DNA of 64,000 nt from Bdellovibrionales bacterium (GCA_965199935.1 CBDATD010000001.1:491097-555096); one strand, 5' to 3'; numbered from the stretch's first letter, positions 38,781 to 48,248 are shown. Program-made: numbers and translations. Notes: a model not told the origin generated them from the letters alone.

Positions 38781-39322
38781 TTTTTTGGATCCGGGGTTTT
38801 GTTTCCACAGAAGGGGTCTCCGGTTACAATCGCACAAAATATTGCAAGCAACGCAAGTAATATTCCAGCTACACCATGAGCGGGACCTGAATCAGGTTCT
38901 GAACCAAATTCGTTTGTAAAATCTTCAAAAGACCCTCCTTCATAACTAAAAACAACTTCATTTGTTGCGTCCTCTATAGTAAAACCATACTGTACCATTT
39001 CAATCACATACTTCCTCATAAGTTCTTTTTTTCCGTAAGTTTTGGAAGGGCCCCCAAGACGCCCACGTCTAAAGTAATTCGGATGTTCTTCTATAATATA
39101 CACCGGTCCCATACGCCCCACAGACCCCTCATAATACAGGTGTATGGTGTTGCTTTTGTTTTCCATTCGGCACACCTGTTTGCTGTCACCACTAAAGGAA
39201 ATACAAGCACCTTTCTCCGGCATAAAATCATTTAAAATAAAACTGTCATTTTGACTTGAGTAAGAATAAGAACTTGAGAGAATAAGCCCGATTGAGAGAA
39301 AAACTTTGAGAATAAATCTCAT
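38777..39322 (-). CDS. Hypothetical secreted protein with a C-terminal TM anchor
   Basis: The ATG at 39322 gives the signal MRFILKVFLSIGLILSSSYS, and a C-terminal helix VAGILLALLAIFCAIV follows. The ORF is open to TTG at 39334. Confidence 0.6.
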   Translation of the reverse strand: MRFILKVFLSIGLILSSSYSYSSQNDSFILNDFMPEKGACISFSGDSKQVCRMENKSNTIHLYYEGSVGRMGPVYIIEEHPNYFRRGRLGGPSKTYGKKELMRKYVIEMVQYGFTIEDATNEVVFSYEGGSFEDFTNEFGSEPDSGPAHGVAGILLALLAIFCAIVTGDPFCGNKTPDPKK

Positions 39323-39392
39323 AATTCGGGACAATAGTCCTCTATGATTTTAAGTGTCAATATATTTTGAAATAGTGTAAAAATTACACTGT
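39323..39392 (-). repeat. Promoter/operator cassette copy B
   Basis: Palindrome AGTGTAA-N3-TTACACT (39374-39390), TTGACA (39355-39360), then 18 nt, TATTGT (39331-39336), then 8 nt to the ATG at 39322. Confidence 0.8.
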
Positions 39393-39466
39393 GTAAAGGA
39401 ATGGCGTGCAAAGAACCCAGAAAAGCCTGCCCTGCCTTTCAGAAACGGCGTTATTATCTCAAAAGA

Positions 39467-39527
39467 ACAGTGTAAATTTTAAATTTTACACTGTGTATTG
39501 ATATTTAATATCATAGAGCCTTATATT
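39467..39527 (+). promoter_or_regulatory. Third palindrome plus sigma-70-like promoter
   Basis: ACAGTGTAAA-N8-TTTACACTGT (39467-39494), TTGATA (39498-39503), then 18 nt, TATATT (39522-39527). The ATCATAGAG block is shared with copies A and B. Confidence 0.6.
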
Positions 39528-39574
39528 TTCCTTGATTGTGAGATTTGTTTTTACAAAGAACAGGGGGAAAAATA

Positions 39575-39940
39575 ATGAAGTATTTTTTTATTTTTATATT
39601 CAGTTTATGTTCTTTCAGTGCGTATTCTCATATAATGGATGAGGGAGTGAGTACAAATTATAGTGGAATGTGGTCAGATACCACTATAAGTGTTGATGAA
39701 AGACGATTTATCCACAATTATCCTGTTTACGGAGCGAGTATAAGTAAAGTGAGAGCATATTTATATTTTATGTTTACAGATTATCTTTTTCATTATCATT
39801 ATATTGATCCCAATACCGATCATAAGCACAGATGGGTTAAAATAAGTGAGGAAGAATATAAATTCTTGGCAATCGAGAATGCACGCTTTTTTGTGAACCA
39901 CTCAAATAGTTTTGGTTCAAAAATAGAAGCTTATTATTGA
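39575..39940 (+). CDS. Hypothetical small secreted protein
   Basis: A GGGGGA SD precedes the ATG at 39575, giving the signal MKYFFIFIFSLCSFSAYS. I recognise no family. Confidence 0.55.
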   Translation: MKYFFIFIFSLCSFSAYSHIMDEGVSTNYSGMWSDTTISVDERRFIHNYPVYGASISKVRAYLYFMFTDYLFHYHYIDPNTDHKHRWVKISEEEYKFLAIENARFFVNHSNSFGSKIEAYY

Positions 39941-40003
39941 ACATAAACCTGAAAACCATTGTACTGATAAGCCGAGCCTTAAAGGTCAACCCCGATAAAA
40001 CTA
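39940..40003 (+). pseudogene. Fragment: 3' end of an XRE gene, an inverted copy of 38381-38442
   Basis: About 58 of 63 nt are identical to the reverse complement of the XRE gene's 3' end. It translates as NINLKTIVLISRALKVNP.., and the homology starts exactly at the stop codon of the preceding ORF. Confidence 0.75.
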
Positions 40004-40020
40004 GATTATTTTCTGAGAGG

Positions 40021-40034
40021 GTGTAAAATTTACA
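40021..40034 (+). promoter_or_regulatory. Fourth, imperfect copy of the palindrome (GTGTAAA-A-TTTACA)
   Basis: It lies in the same position relative to the XRE 3' fragment as the palindrome at 38344 does relative to the XRE gene. Confidence 0.5.
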
Positions 40035-40105
40035 AAAAAAAAGAAAAAACTAGTATTTTTACATCTATGTGTAGTACTCTCACCCTTCAGACAGGAGGTT
40101 TTGTT

Positions 40106-40435
40106 ATGGGCAATGTAAAATACATAATTTTGGCTTTATTCTCACAATTTGCTTTCGCAGGGATAGTTCATCTTGATGATGTGGACCACCCATCGCATGC
40201 AATCGGAGAAACAGCAGTTCATTGTGATCCAAATAACCCCCGGAAGTGTTTAAAAGTGACATCAATTGGAAATAATGAGTACCTCACCCAACCCATCTTT
40301 TACAACGAGACGGAAGCTGTACAAGAAGACTTACAGCAAAAAAACCACCCCATGGACTATGAGCCTTCTAAACTAGAAAATGAACATAGAAAAGGTGCAG
40401 ATAGAAAAGGTGCAGATACATTTTACTTTCAGTAA
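40106..40435 (+). CDS. Hypothetical small secreted protein
   Basis: An AGGAGG SD lies 7 nt upstream of the ATG at 40106, giving the signal MGNVKYIILALFSQFAFAG. There is a tandem RKGAD-RKGAD near the C-terminus. Confidence 0.55.
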   Translation: MGNVKYIILALFSQFAFAGIVHLDDVDHPSHAIGETAVHCDPNNPRKCLKVTSIGNNEYLTQPIFYNETEAVQEDLQQKNHPMDYEPSKLENEHRKGADRKGADTFYFQ

Positions 40436-40508
40436 GATTTAAATTTTATTGAAGGAGAACAATAGCCTTACTGTCAAAATCTATGTAGGATGGGGTTTTT
40501 TGTAGAAA

Positions 40509-40682
40509 ATGAAGATCACTAAAAAGCAACTTTACTTATATGTGAAAATTAATTTTCTTATTCTGTCTCTCTTTGTTGTACTCATGTCTATGTACTCTCT
40601 AAGAAAACAGGGACTGCCCGATTCTGTCACAGAACCTCTTCATTTAAAAAACAAAAGAACTGCAACACTTCAAATCAAATAA
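40509..40682 (+). CDS. Possible 57-aa membrane peptide
   Basis: Hand-translated as MKITKKQLYLYVKINFLILSLFVVLMSMYSLRKQG... No clear SD. Confidence 0.25.
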   Translation: MKITKKQLYLYVKINFLILSLFVVLMSMYSLRKQGLPDSVTEPLHLKNKRTATLQIK

Positions 40683-40703
40683 CATTCGAAATAAGGCTGT
40701 GCG

Positions 40704-41981
40704 TTATGATTTTTTTAGAATGACTTTTTTTCCATCCATATAAGGCCGAATCACTTCAGGAACTGTGACACTTCCGTCTTCATTTTGATAGTTTTCTAAG
40801 ACAGCAATAAGAGTGCGGCCTACAGCCAAACCAGAGCCATTTAAGGTATGCACCAAAGAAACCTTTTGATCTTTCGATTTAAAGCGAATTTTAGCCCTCC
40901 TAGCTTGATAATCCTCGTAATTGGAACAAGAACTAATCTCTCTAAAAACTTTTTGGGAAGGAAGCCAAACTTCTAAATCGTAACACTTGGAGGCTCCAAA
41001 ACCCAAGTCCCCCGTACAAAGATTAATCACTCGATAAGGGAGATTAAGATCTTTTAAAATACCCTCCGCATGAGAAGTTAATTTTTCCAATTGGTCATAA
41101 GAAGAAGAAGGATGTGCAAATGCCACCAACTCCACTTTTGTAAATTGGTGCTGTCGAATCAATCCTTTTGTGTCCTGCCCGTAAGCTCCTGCTTCTGAAC
41201 GAAAACAAGGAGTGTAAGCAGTTAATTGTATTGGCAGTTTTTTCTCCGGCAAAATTTCATTTGCAAAAAAATTAGTAACAGAAACTTCAGCAGTAGGAAT
41301 AAGGTATCCTTCATAATTTGACAGATGAAAAACATCTTCTTTGAATTTAGGAAACTGCCCCGTATGGATTAAAGAAGAATGATTAACAATATAGGGAGTG
41401 CTTAACTCTTCATATCCATTTTTTTTGATGTGTATATCCAGCATATATTGAGCTAAAGCCCGCTCCAGCCAGGCTATCTCTCCCCTCAAGAAGGAAAATC
41501 TAGCTCCCGCTGTTTTAGCCGCTCTTTGAGTGTCAATATGTTGAGGTGCAATTTCCAAATGAGAACGGACAGGAAATGAGAACTGCCGGGGGGTTCCAGC
41601 TGATCTAATCAGCCGGCTGTCTTCACCTTTAAACCCCACAGGCACACTGGAATGACAAACGTTAGGAAGATGAAGAAGGATTTCAGTAATATTTTCTTCA
41701 AGGTTTCTTAATTTTTCTTGGAGAGCAGCTATTTGATCTCCAACAGCTTGAGCTTTCAATAACAATTCTTTTTTTTCATCAAATTGAGATTTCTTCAAAT
41801 CTTTTTCCAAAGATTTCCTTCTAACAATAGATTGATCCATCTGGAAAATAATCTTCTTTCTGGACTGATTGAGTTTTATAACACGATCCATTGAGGATGT
41901 ATCTTCACCCCTATTTTTCAAACTAGTTAAGTATCTATTTTGAAATTCTGGATCTTTTTCATATCGTTTAAGATCAATCAT
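40704..41981 (-). CDS. serS: Seryl-tRNA synthetase
   Basis: N-terminal coiled coil, motif 2 FRSEAGAYGQDTKGLIRQHQFTKVE and motif 3 GSGLAVGRTLIAVLEN. Confidence 0.95.
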   Translation of the reverse strand: MIDLKRYEKDPEFQNRYLTSLKNRGEDTSSMDRVIKLNQSRKKIIFQMDQSIVRRKSLEKDLKKSQFDEKKELLLKAQAVGDQIAALQEKLRNLEENITEILLHLPNVCHSSVPVGFKGEDSRLIRSAGTPRQFSFPVRSHLEIAPQHIDTQRAAKTAGARFSFLRGEIAWLERALAQYMLDIHIKKNGYEELSTPYIVNHSSLIHTGQFPKFKEDVFHLSNYEGYLIPTAEVSVTNFFANEILPEKKLPIQLTAYTPCFRSEAGAYGQDTKGLIRQHQFTKVELVAFAHPSSSYDQLEKLTSHAEGILKDLNLPYRVINLCTGDLGFGASKCYDLEVWLPSQKVFREISSCSNYEDYQARRAKIRFKSKDQKVSLVHTLNGSGLAVGRTLIAVLENYQNEDGSVTVPEVIRPYMDGKKVILKKS

Positions 41982-41984
41982 AAT

Positions 41985-42263
41985 TTACGCCGCAGACATA
42001 CTAACATAAAGTTGGAATAAAAAAAATAAAGAGATAAATAATAAATTACATACAATAAGACCCATAAATTTATAATTCCAGACAAGCTTTACGAAAGCCA
42101 AAGTCATTGTTAAGGTGATAAAAATAACGGAAAACACTCCAGATTTAAGCAGTGTTTGAACAATAATAGCTATTGTAAACCCTAATATAAACCCAGAAAA
42201 AACTTTTAAAAACAATAATAAAAGCCATGAAATAAATTTTACATCAGTCTTAGAGTTCATCAC
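41985..42263 (-). CDS. Hypothetical small membrane protein
   Basis: 92 aa with three hydrophobic helices. It is packed between the TPR gene and serS with 3-4 nt junctions. Confidence 0.5.
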   Translation of the reverse strand: MMNSKTDVKFISWLLLLFLKVFSGFILGFTIAIIVQTLLKSGVFSVIFITLTMTLAFVKLVWNYKFMGLIVCNLLFISLFFLFQLYVSMSAA

Positions 42264-45076
42264 AATCCAAATGTCTTAATACGCGCTTCAATTTCTTTTT
42301 TATCCTTAGCTTGAGGTAAAATGTCAAAATAAATAGCATAAGATTTTCTCGCACTATTATAATCATCTTTCATTTCATATAAGGCGCCCATTTCCCTGTA
42401 AACCTTAGGGTTTGAAGTTCTCTTCCGTCCATGAGAGATGCTTTTCAACATTTGCAGTGCTAGATCTAAATACCCTGATCTTCTATAACACTCAGACACC
42501 CTTAAGTAAAGTTCAGAATCCTCTGGCAGGAGTTCTATGGCTTTTTGAAAAGCCTGCGCGCACAGCATATATTTTTTTAAGCTAAAATAAATTTCCCCTG
42601 CGAGCTGATAAGCCTCCGGTAAAAGAGGATTTAATTGATTTTCTGCTGAAGTTTCCTCAAGGGCTTTATTTAGATTTTTCCTGCCTCCTTCTAAAAAATA
42701 AGTGCGGGCAATATAGTAATGCACCTTAGGATACCTAGGATAAGATTGAGAAATACGCTGTAAATATTCACGAGCATCACTATACCTGCCTCCTTGAATT
42801 AAAATCTGAGCCAAATAAAACATAATTATTGGGTTATTAGGCTCTAAGGACAGAGCATTGATAAACTCCTCATAAGCTTTCTGAATATTATTTTTTTTAT
42901 TATAAATTTGACCTTTAAAGCTAAAATAACGAACGGGTTTTTCCTGAAAATCAGAAAGATTGTTGATAACATTCAAAGCTTGATCATACTTGCCGTTATC
43001 ATATAAAAACTCAGACAGCCCTAAAACGTATTCAATATAGTTTTTGGATTGAGCTGAGGAGTTGGATATCAATTTTTCAAAATAATCAAAAGCAGCATCC
43101 ACTCCATAAATATATCCTAAAACTGTTCCATACCTTAACTGCACCTGCCTGTCGTTGCTGTCAATTTCCAAAGCTCTTCGAGCCGCTTTAATGGAATCAT
43201 CGTACTTTTCCATCAACTGATAGGCTTTTGACAAAATGACATAAGATTCCGTATCAGACTCATATAGATCCAGTGCTTTCTGAGCATAAGAGACAGCAGA
43301 TTCAAAATTATTCTTCCTTAACTGCAGCAAAGCATATCCTTTAAAAACATCCAAATTATTAGGAAACTTCTTATATGCAGTTTTTAAAATTTTGGAAGCA
43401 TTTTCAAAATCATAAATTTGGGAATAATAATCTGCCATAAGGACATAAGAAGATATGTAGCTGGGGTCTGCAATAACTGCTTTTTTCAACCACTCAATGG
43501 CTTCATTGGTTAGACCAAAATTCCACAAATTTTCCCCCATTTTGACAGCCGCGATAGAATTTTTTTCATCATCCACTTTAAAAGCCATTTTGTAATAACT
43601 GCGAGCTTCTAAAGCACGTCCTTCTCTTTCCAACTGACTGCCTTGTTCAACAAGACTTCTGCTTTTTATCTGTTTGTCTGAAATGACAGGTGTTTTTTTC
43701 TTTTTAAATTGATTAAGAAAATTTTTCAGCTCCACTGAGGAAGGATTCAAAACAAAAGATTTTTCTGCATATTCCCTAGCTTGTTCTACATCATTATTTT
43801 TCTGAGCTAGTTGAAAAAGAACAAAATAAGCTTCTGCCAAATCTTCTGAAGGAACTTCGCCAGGCCATTTTAAAACACCTTGGATAAGAACTTCACTTTC
43901 TTTATATTTTTTCAGAAATTTATAAGTCAGAACTCCTTTTTTGAGAGCTGATGACTTATGCTGGGGATTAATTTTTAAAGCAGAATTATAAAATCTAAAA
44001 GCTTCACTTAAGTTATTTAATTTTTCTAAAACTCTGCCTTTAAGGACATAAGGACGCACCCAATAAGGATGCGTTGTTAGAATATGTTCTAAACTCATCA
44101 AGGCTTGTTCATAATTCAACTTATTGATTTGTAGTAAACTTTTTATATAATATAAGAATATGGAAATATTTTCTGGATTTTTATTTTGTGAAAGCTCATC
44201 AATAGACGTCTGGATAAAACTCTCCGCACGCTCGTACTTTTCTCCCATCAACAACTCTAAAGAACGGCAAAGAGCGGAATAGACTCCTCCTTGATCTACT
44301 GCGTCAACCTTTTGAACAATAGACGAAACAACCTGCATCTCTTGAGAGCTTCTCTTTGAATAAGGCCAAAGTTCAAAATAGGCTAAACACAGATAAGCCA
44401 TAATTAATTTATTTTTAGAATCTCCTTCAATAGCTTGCACAAATTCACTTTGAGCTTTTACATAAGACAAGACTTCATCTTCAAAAAAAAATTGTATGCC
44501 TTTTTTAATTTTTAAAATTACTTCATCTTGAGACAAACTTGGTTGATTTTCCCTTGGGGCAGTCAATTGTGTATAACTTGAAGAAGATTCCTCTTTCACA
44601 AATAATGTCAAAAGAACACCTACGATAAAAACTCCTGCAAAGAGGGGAGCCATCGCTTTCCTTATAAAACTTCTGGATATTTCTGATTGAACATCTCCCA
44701 TTTCAATAATAGAGCTGTCTTTATTTTTTTTTCTGATTTTAATTTGATTAACAGGGGCTTGGTCTGAAGCAGATATATTGTTGACGGTCTTATTTTCTGA
44801 AGATCTTGCCGTTTGTTTCCCTTTGCCAGAGAGAATATCTTGAGGATTCTTTAGGCTGATTGTCGAATGCGGTGTATTGGTCTGAGGGGTTTGAGGTAAA
44901 ACTTTTAACAACAATTCATAAAATGGAGGATGAGAAGAAAGAGGTTTCCAAGGCCCTGAAGAGCGGCTGGAAACAAACTCCTCTCCACTGAACTGAAAAG
45001 AGTTTATCTGCCGACAAATTTCTTCATCAGAAAAAGGTCCTAAAATTTGAGAGTTTTTATCTTTAACGAACCACAT
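42260..45076 (-). CDS. TPR-repeat protein with an N-terminal GYF_2-like domain and one TM segment
   Basis: The N-terminus is MWFVKDKNSQILGPFSDEEI..GPWKPL. One TM helix follows, then about 20 TPR-like repeats. Confidence 0.75.
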   Translation of the reverse strand: MWFVKDKNSQILGPFSDEEICRQINSFQFSGEEFVSSRSSGPWKPLSSHPPFYELLLKVLPQTPQTNTPHSTISLKNPQDILSGKGKQTARSSENKTVNNISASDQAPVNQIKIRKKNKDSSIIEMGDVQSEISRSFIRKAMAPLFAGVFIVGVLLTLFVKEESSSSYTQLTAPRENQPSLSQDEVILKIKKGIQFFFEDEVLSYVKAQSEFVQAIEGDSKNKLIMAYLCLAYFELWPYSKRSSQEMQVVSSIVQKVDAVDQGGVYSALCRSLELLMGEKYERAESFIQTSIDELSQNKNPENISIFLYYIKSLLQINKLNYEQALMSLEHILTTHPYWVRPYVLKGRVLEKLNNLSEAFRFYNSALKINPQHKSSALKKGVLTYKFLKKYKESEVLIQGVLKWPGEVPSEDLAEAYFVLFQLAQKNNDVEQAREYAEKSFVLNPSSVELKNFLNQFKKKKTPVISDKQIKSRSLVEQGSQLEREGRALEARSYYKMAFKVDDEKNSIAAVKMGENLWNFGLTNEAIEWLKKAVIADPSYISSYVLMADYYSQIYDFENASKILKTAYKKFPNNLDVFKGYALLQLRKNNFESAVSYAQKALDLYESDTESYVILSKAYQLMEKYDDSIKAARRALEIDSNDRQVQLRYGTVLGYIYGVDAAFDYFEKLISNSSAQSKNYIEYVLGLSEFLYDNGKYDQALNVINNLSDFQEKPVRYFSFKGQIYNKKNNIQKAYEEFINALSLEPNNPIIMFYLAQILIQGGRYSDAREYLQRISQSYPRYPKVHYYIARTYFLEGGRKNLNKALEETSAENQLNPLLPEAYQLAGEIYFSLKKYMLCAQAFQKAIELLPEDSELYLRVSECYRRSGYLDLALQMLKSISHGRKRTSNPKVYREMGALYEMKDDYNSARKSYAIYFDILPQAKDKKEIEARIKTFGL

Positions 45077-45088
45077 AAATAAATTCTA

Positions 45089-46339
45089 TCATATTCTTTT
45101 AATATCTGCTCCTAATGAGGATAATTTTTCCTCCAATTTATCATAACCTCGATCTAGATGATAAATACGGCGAACATATGTTTCTCCTTCTGCCGCTAAA
45201 CCCGCCAAAATTAAACAAGAGCTCGCCCTCAAATCAGTGGCCATCACGACAGCTCCTCTCAATAAACCGGGGCAAACCTTAGCCTTGTTTCCACAAATTG
45301 TGATATCCGCATTGAGACGCATCAATTCAGGTATATGCATAAAGCGGTTTTCAAAAATACACTCCTCAATAATACTCTCTCCTTCTGCTTGTGTCATTAA
45401 AGCCATAAACTGTGCTTGAAGATCTGTGGGAAACCCCGGATAAAAAGAAGTGGATATGTCAACAGCAGAAAACTTTTTGGGGGATTTTAAATCAATCCAA
45501 TTTTCTCCTTTTTGAATGTGAAAACCACTCTGCTCCAATTTTTCAATAACATGGACCAAATGCAGAGGTCTGCATTTATAAACACTAACTTCCCCGCGAG
45601 TGATAGCTCCTGCCATAAGCAGTGTCGCCGCTTCAATACGATCTGGAATAATTGTATGCTCAGAAGGTTTTAATGAAGAAACTCCTAGAATCTTAATAGT
45701 GTTTGTTCCCTCCCCTTCAATAACGGCTCCCATTTTTTTTAAATAGCAAGCCAAATCAACAATTTCAGGTTCGCGGGCCGCATGCTGAATCTCAGTCCAT
45801 CCCTTTGCAAATACGGAGGCCATCAATAAATTTTGTGTCGCGCCCACAGAAGGTTTTTGTAACACAATTTGAGCTGATTTTAAAGTCTGTGGACTTTCTC
45901 CGTAAATATAGCCATTTTTAATTTCAATAACGGCTCCCATTTTTTCTAAATTTTCAATATGCCAATTCACAGGTCTGGTTCCAATAGAACAACCTCCAGG
46001 AAGGCTGACTTGAGCTTTGCCATATCGAGACAAAAGAACTCCTAAACACAATATCCCCGCCCTCATAGTTCTCATCAATTCGTAATGAGCTGTAAAAGAT
46101 TTAATTTTTTTGGGTACATCTATTGTTAAAGTGGATCCTTTCCACACGGCCTCACATCCAAAATTTCTCAACAATTGAATGCCTGTATCCACATCTTTCA
46201 CCCGTGAAGCATTGTGAAATGTATGAGAGCCTTCAGCTAAAAGGGTGGAAAACAACAAAGGCAGTGTAGAATTTTTAGAACCCGAAACTACTGCTTTTCC
46301 TGCTAAAGCTTTACCGCCTTTAATATAGATTTGATCCAT
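45089..46339 (-). CDS. murA: UDP-N-acetylglucosamine 1-carboxyvinyltransferase
   Basis: VSGSKNSTLPLL and the active-site loop LPGGCSIGTRPV. Confidence 0.95.
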   Translation of the reverse strand: MDQIYIKGGKALAGKAVVSGSKNSTLPLLFSTLLAEGSHTFHNASRVKDVDTGIQLLRNFGCEAVWKGSTLTIDVPKKIKSFTAHYELMRTMRAGILCLGVLLSRYGKAQVSLPGGCSIGTRPVNWHIENLEKMGAVIEIKNGYIYGESPQTLKSAQIVLQKPSVGATQNLLMASVFAKGWTEIQHAAREPEIVDLACYLKKMGAVIEGEGTNTIKILGVSSLKPSEHTIIPDRIEAATLLMAGAITRGEVSVYKCRPLHLVHVIEKLEQSGFHIQKGENWIDLKSPKKFSAVDISTSFYPGFPTDLQAQFMALMTQAEGESIIEECIFENRFMHIPELMRLNADITICGNKAKVCPGLLRGAVVMATDLRASSCLILAGLAAEGETYVRRIYHLDRGYDKLEEKLSSLGADIKRI

Positions 46340-46340
46340 T

Positions 46341-47174
46341 TCAGCCTATATTTTTTTTAATAACACAATGGACAATGCGTTTATAGCCTTGATAATCTTT
46401 ATAGACAGAAAAAGAGTCCACAAGATTCTTATTTTTTAACAAATTTTCTACCTCATTATATTGGTTGTATCCAATTTCAAAAAAATAATTCCCCCCTTCT
46501 GCCGACAAAATGGAACAGGCCTTGTCCAGCCATGTTTCTACAGCTTTCATACCCAACCATTCGGAAAATAATGCTGACTCAGGTTCGTATTTTTCAACTG
46601 AAGAATGGAGTCTGGAATCCCCCTTTGCAATGTAGGGAGGATTGGCTGTAATAAGTTCTACAGAATTTTTAATTTCTATACCCACAACATCTTGACAGCA
46701 AACTTGAAGACGGTCTTTTAATTGAAATTTCTCAGCATTTTTGGAAGTGAGATCTAAAGCCTTCTGATTTTTATCTACAGCTAAAAGACGAGATTGAGGC
46801 CATTTTCTAAGCAAACTTAAGCCAATGGTGCCGCTCCCGCACCCAAAATCAACAAAATAGGGTGGATGAGACATTTGATAATGATCTAAAACCGCTCCTA
46901 CTAAAATTTCGGTCTCCGGTCTTGGAATAAAAACCTGCGGATCTGTCATAAATGTACAACCATAAAAATCAACTTCACCCAATATATAAGCTAAAGGCTC
47001 CCCCTTTTCATATCTGGATAAAATATGAGAACACCTCTTCAGTTGGTTCTCTGTAAGAGATTCTTCCCATAACAGGTAAATTTCACTTCTTTTTTTACTC
47101 AATACATGCCGCAGAATGTACTCACGATCATGGTGAGAAACAGCACTCAACCACTGCCCGACTGTGATATTCAT
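46341..47174 (-). CDS. prmC: Release-factor glutamine methyltransferase
   Basis: NPPY motif (ITANPPYIA) and SAM motif DFGCGSG. It lies downstream of prfA. Confidence 0.9.
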   Translation of the reverse strand: MNITVGQWLSAVSHHDREYILRHVLSKKRSEIYLLWEESLTENQLKRCSHILSRYEKGEPLAYILGEVDFYGCTFMTDPQVFIPRPETEILVGAVLDHYQMSHPPYFVDFGCGSGTIGLSLLRKWPQSRLLAVDKNQKALDLTSKNAEKFQLKDRLQVCCQDVVGIEIKNSVELITANPPYIAKGDSRLHSSVEKYEPESALFSEWLGMKAVETWLDKACSILSAEGGNYFFEIGYNQYNEVENLLKNKNLVDSFSVYKDYQGYKRIVHCVIKKNIG

Positions 47175-48226
47175 ATTTCACCTTTTTGTTGAGCTCGGAG
47201 AAGAGGTTCAATTAAAAAATCAAAATCCCCCTTCATCACACGATCCAGTGAATGCACACTTAAAGAGATGCGATGATCTGTCACTCGAGACTGAGGAAAG
47301 TTATAAGTTCTAATTTTCTCTGAGCGGTCTCCTGTACCTATTTGCTGCAGCCTCATTTGGGAGGCTTCTTTTCTTTTCTCTTCTTCTCGCAAAGCAAAAA
47401 GCCTTGCATACAAAATTTTAAATGCTTTTTCCTTATTAGCATGTTGTGATTTTTCATCCTGACAGTACACAGTCAATTTAGTAGGGAGATGTGTGATGCG
47501 AACAGCTGAATCTGTGGTATTAACATGTTGTCCACCAGCTCCGCTGGATCGGCAAACATCAATCCTTAAATCCTCATTCTTGACTTTCACTTCCGTCTGA
47601 TTGGCTTCAGGAAGCACCGCCGCCGTGACTGTGGAGGTATGAATGCGGCCTTGAGATTCCGTTTTAGGAACTCTTTGAACGCGGTGAACACCTCTTTCAA
47701 ATTTAAAATGAGCATACACATTTTTACCAGACACCTTGGAGATCACTTCCCTCACTCCCCCTGAAGGCAAAATGGAAAGAGATAAGGGATCCACCCGCCA
47801 GCCCTTTGAAGCAGAATATTTTTCATAAGCCTGAAAGAGCTCCTTACAGAAAAGCCCTGCTTCTTCTCCTCCAGCTCCGGCTCGCAGTTCTAAAATAATA
47901 TTTTTTTCATCTAACTCTGACACCGGTTTAACAGTTAAAATTTTATTTAATTCTGTTTCTATTTTATTTATTTTTTTTTTAATAGATTGAATCTCCTCTT
48001 GAACCAGCAAAGCAATATCCTTATCTTCTTTTTCCAGCCGCCCATGAGATATGAGATCATTCTTAAGTTTTTTATACTCCCTGTACAATTCAACAGGTAT
48101 TTTGAGCTTAGAAAATTTTGAAACTTTTTCGCTGTATAGATCTCTATTTTTTAACAGTTCAGGATTTTGTAGCTGCTGTTCTAGATCAGTGTATTGCCTT
48201 TCCATGTCCTGCAATTGATTCCACAT
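47171..48226 (-). CDS. prfA: Peptide chain release factor 1
   Basis: GGQ motif SGAGGQHVNTT, in a protein of RF1-typical length (351 aa) sitting directly upstream of prmC. Confidence 0.93.
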   Translation of the reverse strand: MWNQLQDMERQYTDLEQQLQNPELLKNRDLYSEKVSKFSKLKIPVELYREYKKLKNDLISHGRLEKEDKDIALLVQEEIQSIKKKINKIETELNKILTVKPVSELDEKNIILELRAGAGGEEAGLFCKELFQAYEKYSASKGWRVDPLSLSILPSGGVREVISKVSGKNVYAHFKFERGVHRVQRVPKTESQGRIHTSTVTAAVLPEANQTEVKVKNEDLRIDVCRSSGAGGQHVNTTDSAVRITHLPTKLTVYCQDEKSQHANKEKAFKILYARLFALREEEKRKEASQMRLQQIGTGDRSEKIRTYNFPQSRVTDHRISLSVHSLDRVMKGDFDFLIEPLLRAQQKGEI

Positions 48227-48248
48227 TGGTGTAAGAAAACCCTCAGAC

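Noticed and set aside
37559-40703. Classical tRNA-integrated genomic island or prophage remnant.
   Set aside because: There is no integrase, excisionase or transposase ORF, and I could find no direct repeat of the tRNA-Ser 3' end at the serS-proximal boundary. It is reported as an accessory islet only.
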